This document shows, one piece after another, positions 54,900 to 64,000 of a DNA stretch of 64,000 nt. The position numbers were made by a program, and so were the translations under genes. The notes below the pieces were generated by a model. That model did no database searches. It saw only the letters and a list, made by a program, of their open reading frames with translations, and was not told the origin of the DNA. The stretch lies in contig OX597832.1 in the NCBI GenBank assembly GCA_951406725.2, forward strand, positions 40,176,001 through 40,240,000, in the 5' to 3' direction. The stretch is from Octopus vulgaris (taxonomy: Eukaryota). Within the stretch, counting starts at the first letter, position 1; each line of letters starts with the position of its first letter.

Positions 54900-56320
54900 G
54901 TTTCGAATTTTGCCACAAGGGCAGCCATTTTAGGGGAAAAGATGAATCAATTACATTGACCCCAGTGCTCAACTGGTACTCATTTTATTGACCCTGAAAG
55001 GATGAAAAGCAAATTAGACCTCATTGGAATTTGAACTCAGAATGTATAAGTTTTGAATTAAAATCTCTCACCAAACCTTAGTCACAGTTTATGTTCCTAA
55101 CACTAGCTGAATGATAACTAAGTTATTTTACTAAATTCTTCGTTATATTTAAAGTAACTGAAAGAAACACAGAGCATCATCATCATCATCGTCGTTTAAC
55201 GTCCGTTTTCCATGCTGGCATGGGTTGGACGGTTCGACCGGGATCTGGGAAGCCAGGAGGCTGCACCAGGCTCCAGTCTGATCTGGCAGTGTTTCTACAG
55301 CTGGATGCCCTTCCTAATGCCAACCACTCCATGAGTGTAGTGGAGTGGTTGGCATTAGCATCTCAAAATAAATACAGTAATGAAAGGGTTAAATAATAGT
55401 AAGAATAATAATACTTTCTGATTTAGGTACAAGGCTTGGATTTGTTTTTTTTTTAGTCAGTTGCATTGACATTGGTTCTCCTCATCAACATTTGATGTGC
55501 ATTTTCCGTGCTGACATGCGTTGGATGCTCAACTGGTACTTATTTTATCAACCCCAAAAGGATAAAAGGCAACATTTGAACTCGAAATGTAAAACCAGAA
55601 AAAAAATGTTGCTAAGCATTTTTCGCAACGTGGTAAGAATTCTGCCAGGACTGCCTTTTAATAATTATAATGCTTTGTATGTTAACCGCAAGGTGTTGAC
55701 AAAAAGATCGAAGACAGTTTAGGATTATAAAAAAATAATAAATCATGTAAACAAAAGAAATAACATAAATTGGAGGGGGCCTCCAAGAGCTGTTCATGGA
55801 AACCTTACAAAAACCATGATGACTCCCTCTAGCAATTTTGAGGAGAGAGGTATTAGTCAATACCAACAACCCCAGTACTTGACTGATACTTTATCTTATT
55901 GACCCACAAAAGGATAAAAGGCAGAGTTGCCCTTTGCTGGGTTTGAATTTAAACTACCAGCATAAATACAGCAAAGCATTTTTACCAATGCTTTACCATT
56001 TTTGATTTTAATAAAAATTATTATTATTATTATTAATATAAGCATGAGACCTGAAACTTGTGAAATGAGGTATAGTCAGTTGTACTGATCCCAGTACTAG
56101 AATTTGTTGTTTCTATTTTACGAACCCCTAGGAGGTTGTAAAACTAAGTTGATTTCTCTGGGATCTGAACTCACAACGTAAAGAGCCAAACTAAATAGTG
56201 CGAGACCTTTTTCCTGGCGCTCCAAGGGTTTCCAATCATCAGCTTTTTCAAAACAGCAACAGCAACAACAACAACAACATCAACAATAATAAAACTTCTG
56301 AAATTGGCACAAAACCATAT
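54895..56320 (-). mobile_element. Second cluster of SINE B-variant copies with a nested MITE and RTE tail
   Basis: 4-5 decayed copies in the same orientation separated by (AAT)/(AAC)n. Confidence 0.7.
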
Positions 56321-56697
56321 TTATAGGAGAGGAGTCAAGAAATGGCAGAGATACTGTTTTCCATTGCATAAAATCAGATATCCGTGTCTGTGTGTCTGTC
56401 TGTGTGTGTAGGCATCATCGAATGGTTCTCACTTCAGTTAGCTGCTGATGTCACAGCTGCTGCTGTTGTTGTTACAGCAGCAGTGAAAATATATTGGTGC
56501 TGTCTGTCAGTGGTATGACCAATCACTACGGTGTCCATTTTACCGGCATGAGATAAACTGAAGAATAACTAAACTTAGTCATCATCAATAACAGGATGTC
56601 AGCAACCAATAAGAGACTGTTGCAAGCCAAACACTATCAACAGCAATTTTCTGACTGAAATATCTTTCTTATTCCTAAAATCAGTTACATGTGTGTG

Positions 56698-56748
<51 letters not shown>

Positions 56749-57020
56749 GTGTGCATATAGATATAGATACCTCTTTCTAGCTAGCTAGCTATATAGCTAT
56801 ACATATGTATTTATTTATGTATGTGTGTGTATATTTATATATATATGTACATGTGTCTGTGCATGTAGATATAAATGCCTCTTTCTCTCTAGCTTGCTAC
56901 CTACCTACCTATACATATGTATTTAAGTAGGTATGTACGTATGTATGTATGTATATATATATATGGTATAATTTAATTTTTTCATTGTTGAATTGATAAA
57001 AGGTGTTTTTTTTTCTAATT

Positions 57021-57057
<37 letters not shown>

Positions 57058-57983
57058 ATATATGGATATATGGATATATATATGTGCCACATGAAGAAAC
57101 ATTTGAGCAAGGTCGTTGCCAATGCTGCTGGACTGGCTCCTGTGCAGGTGGCGTGTAAAAAAGCACCATTTGACCGTGGCCGTTGCCAGTACTGCCTGAC
57201 TGGCCATCATGCTGGTGGCATGTAAAAGCAACCACAACACTCTCGGAGTGGTTGGCGTTAGGAAGGGCATCCAGCTGTAGAAACTCTGCCAAATCAAGAT
57301 TGGGGCCTGGTGCAGCCATCTGGTTCGCCAGTCCTCAGTCAAACTGTCCAACCCATGCTGACATGGAAAGCGGACGTTAAACGATGATGATATATGTGGA
57401 TATATGTATATATATATCATCATCATCGTTTAACGTCTGTTTTCCATGCTGGCATGGGTTGGTCAGTTCGACCAGGGTCTGGGAAGCCAGGAGTTTGCTC
57501 CAGGCTCCAGTCTGGTTTGGCAGTGTTTCTACAATGTTACTATCAATCTATTTTATTCAGAGTAGGCACTACCTACTTTGCCCACCCAGGTGACACATTC
57601 CTGATATATGTATATGAGTCTATATACATGTGTGTGTGTGTATATATATATGTATATGGTGATGCAAACAGGAAATACGCAACTCGAAATATGAGTCTAT
57701 GTATATTTTTATTCGTATTTAAGATAAGCGATAGATTAACTCTTGGCCCTTGAGTCAACCTATTGCTTCTGTTAAATAGTAATACATAAACGTATAGTCT
57801 CGTGCCTTTATTTATCTCTGTTTTATTTCTCTGTTTATCCCAATTATTTATACTACTTTATAAACCACTGTTGTTCACACTATATACTCTCTATACATCA
57901 TCACTTACATTACTACTCTTTATTACTATTGTATAATGTATTATCACTATTATTAGTCTATATCAACATTACTACTCTATATA

Positions 57984-58216
57984 CCTATTTCTTTACTACC
58001 CACAAGGGGCTACACACAGAGACGACAAACAAGGACAGACAAACAGATTAAGTCGATTACATCGACCCCAGTGCGAAATTGGTACTTAATTTATCGACCC
58101 CGAAAGGATGAAAGGCAAAGTCAACCTTGGCAGAATTTGAACTCAGAACGTAGCGGCAGACGAAATACTGCTAAGTATTTCGCCCAACGTGCTAATGATT
58201 CTGCCAGCTCGCCACC
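57984..58216 (-). mobile_element. SINE family B monomer with TSD
   Basis: 15-bp TSD TTACTACTCTATATA at 57969-57983 and 58217-58231. Other monomers at ~26598-26826, 38693-38875 (TSD AGTCTGCCTATATA) and 63188-63425. Confidence 0.9.
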
Positions 58217-58871
58217 TTACTACTCTATATATCATGAGGCTTCTCCTAATTTTTTTGCTCCCCACCCAACACTATTTCTTCATCTTCTCCAACCTTCCCA
58301 TTTTGTTCTGCTCCACTATTCTAACTTTGCCTCTCCCCTTAATTCAGCAATCCTTGTTATTCTTCTCTTCTTGCTCTCCTTTAATATGAGAAAATAAGTT
58401 ATTTACTGTTGATATTTTTATATCATGAGGTAACAGGTGAGGAAATACCTTAACAACTCACCCATCCTGTACACATCATACCTTACTTTTTTCTCTGTCT
58501 GTCTGTCTGTCTGTCTCTCTTTCTCTCTCTCTCCCACCACTACCACCACCACTCCCCCACCACTGCCACCACCTCACTGTTATTAGCTGAAGGTTGTTTT
58601 GTAAAGTGATGACAGACTGTCTGTTGGTTGGGAATGAACCACTGACTGCATGAATCACTGCTCCGATAAAAGGTGTTCACACATAGTGTGCGCATGCCCA
58701 CACCCACACACAAACACACCCACATACTCGTGTTTGGATATACAAGCCTCCTTCCCCCCCCCCGGAAGAAAAAGCACTCAATACATGTGTTAGAGTCAAT
58801 TAATTTGAAACTGACGGTTCACTCAATCAAGAAGGTTTTGAATTACAACAAAGTGAACCATCAGCTGCAAA

Positions 58872-58913
<42 letters not shown>

Positions 58914-59064
58914 GCATCATAGAGAAATATTTATAAGTATGACTTGTGAGTGAATTTCGTAGATGAAAACTGTGTGGAAGCCAGTCATAAATATACGATG
59001 ATGATGATGACAATATGTTTCAGTCATTTGTTTGCAGCCATGCTGGAGCACCACCTTAAAGGGT

Positions 59065-59182
59065 TTTATATATATATATATATAGATAGATAGATATATA
59101 CATAGATAGATAGATAGATAGATACATAGATAGATAGATAGATAGATATATACATACATACATACATACATACATACATACA

Positions 59183-59214
<32 letters not shown>

Positions 59215-59375
59215 GATAGATAGATTACATACATATAGATAGATAGATTACATACATATAGATAGATAGACATATATATAGATAGATAGACATATATATA
59301 TATATATATATATATATAGATAGATAGATTATATACATATATATAGATAGACATATATATATATAGATTATAGAC

Positions 59376-59412
<37 letters not shown>

Positions 59413-59432
59413 CACACATATAGACATATATG
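59065..59432. repeat. Compound (TA)/(GATA)/(CATA)/(GA) microsatellite
   Basis: Direct inspection. Many shorter (CT)n, (CA)n and (TA)n tracts occur throughout (e.g. 72-135, 2852-2921, 44027-44128). Confidence 0.9.
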
Positions 59433-60089
59433 TAACTTAGTAGTTTGGCAAAAGAGACTAATAGAATAAGTACCAGGCTTAAAAGGAAGTAGTGATTTCA
59501 ATTTGTTCAACTAAACCCTTCAATGCAGTGCACCTGCATGGCTGCATTCCAATGAGTGAAACAAGTAAAAGATGAAAGACTGTGTGTTTGTGTGTGTGTT
59601 TCTAGTGTTATATTGGCAACTGACATAAACATTGGCAGGAAAATAGATACTGCATCTGCAGTATTTGTTAAGCCTGAGTAACATCTTGGCTTTCATAAAT
59701 GCTGGGCCTGTTAGAAACCGGTAGTCAACAACACCATTGTACACAAAATGTGATATAACGTCTCTGTTCTCTTTCCTTTTCTAATTTTTTATTGTGGATT
59801 CATCAAGTGAAACTGTTATTATTGTTGCTATTTGATTTTATCAGATTATAAACAATATATATTATTTTGTTATTTTATGACAAAGAGAAGGGTTGATGGG
59901 TGGTGAAAGAATGATATTGTGGAAAGATGAAGTGGATTTATATAAATAACTGAAGGGTTGGTTGTTTCTTCATTCTCCGGTCACAATGAGGACAAACTGA
60001 TTAGGAAGTGTGACCTAGTATTGTGGGGGGTTGGTGGATGGTGAGTAAACAACACATTGTGATGATAACAATGGTACCGACAAATATAG

Positions 60090-60230
60090 TGCAAAGGGTG
60101 GCTGTCATGGGCCCAAAGAATGCATTACATTTGGGTATAGGAAAGAATACAATGTGCCCAGGCTGCAGCACTGCACCACATACAATCAACCAGGTGTATG
60201 TAGGAATGTACAACATAGTCCTCAAATTGG
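60090..60230 (+). mobile_element. Possible decayed non-LTR C-terminal Zn-knuckle fragment
   Basis: LHLGIGKNTMCPGCSTAPHTINQV resembles the LINE-terminal CPxC...TIxH motif; short, weak similarity. Confidence 0.3.
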
Positions 60231-60329
60231 AAGTACGACATATTCAGAACTATGGATTTGGGGGTTGCATCTTGGAGTTGTCTGCTACTCACATTCTTCC
60301 TCCCTCACACACACACACACATACATTAG

Positions 60330-60750
60330 ATAAGGCAGCGAGCTGGCAGAATCGTTAGCACGCCGGGTGAAATACTTGGCAGTATTTCGTCTGCCGTTAC
60401 GTTCTGAGTTCAAATTCTGCCGAGATCAACTTTGCCTTTCATCCATCCTTTTGGGGTCGATAAATTAAGTACCAGTTACGCACTGGGGTCGATGTAATAG
60501 ACTTAATCTGTTTGTCTGTCCTTGTTTGTCCCCTCTATGTTTAGCCCCTTGTGGGTAGTAAAGAAATAGGTATTTCGTCTGCCGTTACGTTTTGAGTTCA
60601 AATTCCGCCAAGATCGACTTTTCATCCATCCTTTCGGAGTTGATAAATTAAGTACCAGTATCGTACTGGGGGTCGATGTAATCGACTTAATCCGTTTGTC
60701 TGTCCTTGTTTGTCCCCTCTGTGTTTAGCCCCTTGTGGGTAATAAAGAAA
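60330..60750 (+). mobile_element. SINE family B, dimeric
   Basis: Same architecture and junction (60569) as 19712. Confidence 0.9.
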
Positions 60751-61808
60751 CACACTCATTAGATAATGTATCTTGGATACACTATGTATGAAGGACAAGC
60801 TATCTGCTGCTCTGTGGCTAAACACAGCAACACCTATGTCAACATTTTGTAGAATTTGATTTCCCAGCCACTTGTACCATCAATTCTGAAAGAGATTGTA
60901 TTATTTTTATTTTTGTTGCCAATATTCCATTGTGTCTCCTCTGTAGTGTCTGTGAATGTTATCTTTGTTCAACAGAAGTCTCTTAGAATCTCTAACAACA
61001 ACAGCAACAATACATATATTGACAGGACTGAAGCATTTCACTGTTTGTTATCTCTGTAAAAATAGACCTCTCCTCTTTCCTGTTTTCCCATTGTGAATGT
61101 TGACGGATTGAACACAACAAGCACCACACTGGGCCATCCCAGATGTTTTTCTACATTGTTCTCTCTTTACTACACACTTTACCACTTAGCAAATATTTCA
61201 ACAGATCTCAACAGTTTCTGAAACAAGGACAGTCAGTTTTATACTGAACCGAACCTATTTGCAGCTACGTAGATGCCTCTATGTGGTTGCTTGATCTGCT
61301 GCAAATAGCAGTCAAGATTTCCCTCATCTGGCACTTAACTATCTTAAAAACTAGTAAAAATACCACTTGGGAATTGGTGGCACCAAGTAGCTTTGGTTTT
61401 CGCTGATGTAAACAACGGTAACAGAAGCAGCTCTGTAAGTTTTAGAAGTGGTTTTGTAAAAGTCATGAGTTTGAAGAAATTCCAGTGATCTGTTTTGGCA
61501 AAAAGCCATTGAGTCAAGTTAATAGATACTCCATGGAAGGACTTGAGGCTGATACTTTGAGGAGATAAGAGTACTGATACTTCACAGAGGGACAAGTGTA
61601 ATTTGTATGCTGCAGAGAAATAAGAGTACCAACACACTGGGGAGACAAATGTTTTGATACTCTGTGAAGAGACAAGCTAACTGGTTGGTACTCTGTGGAG
61701 AGACAAGAGAACTCCTGTTGTTAGTAAAATACTCCTTTAGAGAGAAATGGATATTTTTGTGTTGTTTTGAAATACTTAAAAAAAAATATTCATTCTGTCA
61801 ATGTAAAT

Positions 61809-61980
61809 AGGTGGAGGAGTGACTGTGTGGTAAGTAGCTTACTTACCAACCACATGGTTCCGGGTTCATTCCCACTGCGTGGCACTTTAGGCAAGTGTCT
61901 TCTACTATAGCCTCGGGCCGACCAAAGCCTTGTGAGTGGATTTGGTAGACGGAAACTGAAAGAAGCCCATCGTATATATA

Positions 61981-62014
<34 letters not shown>

Positions 62015-62401
62015 CTCTTTACTCTTTTACTTGTTTCAGTCATTTGACTGCGGCCATGCTGGAGCACTGCCTTTAGTCGAGCAACTCGACCCCGGGACTT
62101 ATTCTTTTTGTAAGCCCAGTACTTATTCTATCGGTCTCTTTTTGCCGAACCGCTAAGTGATGGGGACGTAAACACACCAGCATCGGTTGTCAAGCAATGC
62201 TAGGGGGACAAACACAGACACACACACATACATATATACGACAGGCTTCTTTCAGTTTCCGTCTACCAAATCTACTCACAAGGCATTGGTTGGCCCGGGG
62301 CTATAGCAGAAGACACTTGCCCAAGATGCCACGCAGTGGGACTGAACCCGGAACCATGTGGTTGGTTAGCAAGCTGCTTACCACACAGCGACACTCCTGC
62401 G

Positions 62402-62444
<43 letters not shown>

Positions 62445-62830
62445 ATATGTTTGTGTGTCTGTGTTTGCTTCCCAACGGCATGCTTCTGAGGTTCGGTGCC
62501 ACTGCATGGCACCTTGTGCTAGTGTCTTCTACTCTAGGTTCAGGTTGACCAAAGCTTTGTGAGTGGATTTGGTGGATGGAAACTGAAAGAAGCCCATCAT
62601 GTGTTTGTGTTTGTATGTCTTTGTGTCTATGTTTGTCCCCCCCCCCCACCATCGTTTGACAACTGGTGTTGATGTGTTTATGTCCTTGTAACTTAGTGGT
62701 TCAGCAAAAGAGGTTGATAGAATAAGTACCAGGCTTTAATAAATGTACTGGGGTCAATTCATTCAGCTAAAAATTCTTCAAGGCAGTGCCCCAGCATGGC
62801 CACAGTCTAGTGACTGAAACAAGTGAAAAA
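61809..62830. mobile_element. SINE A cluster: + 5' half (61809-61975), - full copy (62014-62403), + older copy (~62435-62830)
   Basis: Family A blocks in alternating orientation. Confidence 0.85.
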
Positions 62831-63866
62831 TATAGATGAGGAGATGTGGAAAGGAGGTGTACAACTAAGTCATTTCCATATAAGGACATAAACATCATCT
62901 TAATTAATCTGCAAATGTGTTCAGCTTGTCCATCGTGTTACGTGAGTCTCTTAAGTAGATCTTTCTTAAAGCAACAGCCTTGAAGTCGTGAAGAGTGGCT
63001 TGAGAAAGTAATGCAATGACATGATTGTTTTAAACAAACACACTGCTTATAACACCATCACCGTCTCCAACGACAACAACAACAAAATTGATAGGTACCT
63101 TATTACATGACTGGGTACCAACCAGAGTCAGTTAGACTTATTAGGTTTCTTGTCTTGTTTTCCTTTTTGTTTTTTAGAGTAATTTATTACCTATTTCTTT
63201 ACTACCCACAAGAAGCTAAACACAGAGAGGACAAACAAGGACAGACATAGGTATTAAGTCGATTACATCGACCCCAGTGCGTAACTGGTACTTTATTTAT
63301 CGAACCCGAAAGGATGAAAGGCAAAGTTGACCTCAGCGGAATTTGAACTCACAATGTAACGGCAGACGAAATACCGCAAAGCATTTCGCCCGGCGTGCTA
63401 ACGTTTCTGCCAGCTCGCCGCCTTACTATTTATTACTATGACAATGATGATGATGGTGATGATGATGATAGTGGTTGTGGTGGCAGAAATGAAGAGATCA
63501 GCTATGTTGTCGTTCTTATGCTGACTCCCACACACACACACACACTACTATTACCACTGCTACTAGCACCAGTCCAAATTCTGTGAAAGACCTTTATTCA
63601 AAAGTTCCAACTAATAAAAACATGCTGGGATGAAATGGTGTCCTGCCTTTGAGACACAAGGAACAGCATTTCAGGTTGGATATAAACAGATGGATTATGA
63701 CAACCACTGACTTATGATGTACAAATACCAGGTGATTTACTCTCACTGCGTGGTACCTTGGGCAAGTGTCTTCTACTATAGCCTCAGACTGACCAAAGCC
63801 TTGTGAGTGGGTTTGGTAGACGGAAACTGAAAGAAGCCCATTATATATATATATATATATATATAT

Positions 63867-64000
63867 ACTTTATTTTAAGCAGCAGAAAATTCAACAAAAT
63901 CTGTTACTCTGAGTTTCTCGTTGCCGTTCATCAGACAGTTTTTGCTAGCAAAAACTGTCTGATGAACGGCAACGAGAAACTCAAAGTAACAGATTTTGTT
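63867..64000. mobile_element. Penelope-like fold-back fragment in (TA)n with hammerhead motif on both strands
   Basis: 54-bp arms (63893-63946 / 63947-64000), one mismatch, no spacer. Same terminal ACTTTATTT.AAGCAGCAGAAAAT as copies at 4769 and 8006. Confidence 0.7.
63953..63993 (+). ncRNA. Minimal type-I hammerhead ribozyme motif
   Basis: CUGU-CUGAUGA-A-CG(GCAA)CG-A-GAAA-CU(CAA)AG-UA-ACAG: stem I CUGU/ACAG, canonical core, GUA cleavage triplet at 63986-88. Mirror copy on the minus strand at ~63900-63940. Confidence 0.65.

Overview
AT-rich, microsatellite-laden animal genomic DNA. The repeat content (tRNA-derived SINEs with internal (TA)/(TG) tracts, RTE 3' ends ending in (GAT)n, TTAA-flanked MITEs) points to an octopus/coleoid cephalopod; this is inferred from memory of those families, not from a search. 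Almost all listed ORFs are translations of simple repeats or SINEs. The window looks like the 5' intronic region of a + strand group-I p21-activated kinase (PAK) gene. One 86-nt coding exon (25834-25919, EVNMPLENKPLPKEPDSKEEKKKMKVPK) is well supported. Several short ATG+donor segments with matching splice phases suggest alternative first exons. Mobile DNA includes a 5'-truncated RTE LINE with a PHD-like finger inside RT, a CR1-like 3' fragment whose tail motif is shared with the commonest SINE, a decayed Gypsy pol, four SINE families, two TTAA MITE families, a Sola-like MITE and a Helitron-like end. There are also (TA)n-embedded Penelope-like fragments carrying minimal type-I hammerhead ribozyme motifs, two of them as fold-back palindromes. 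The most notable items are the hammerheads, the PAK first-exon candidates, a tandemly repeated pseudoknot in the RTE 3'UTR and a tRNA-like unit clamped by an inverted repeat. Repeat boundaries were read by eye and are approximate unless TSDs or TIRs are quoted.
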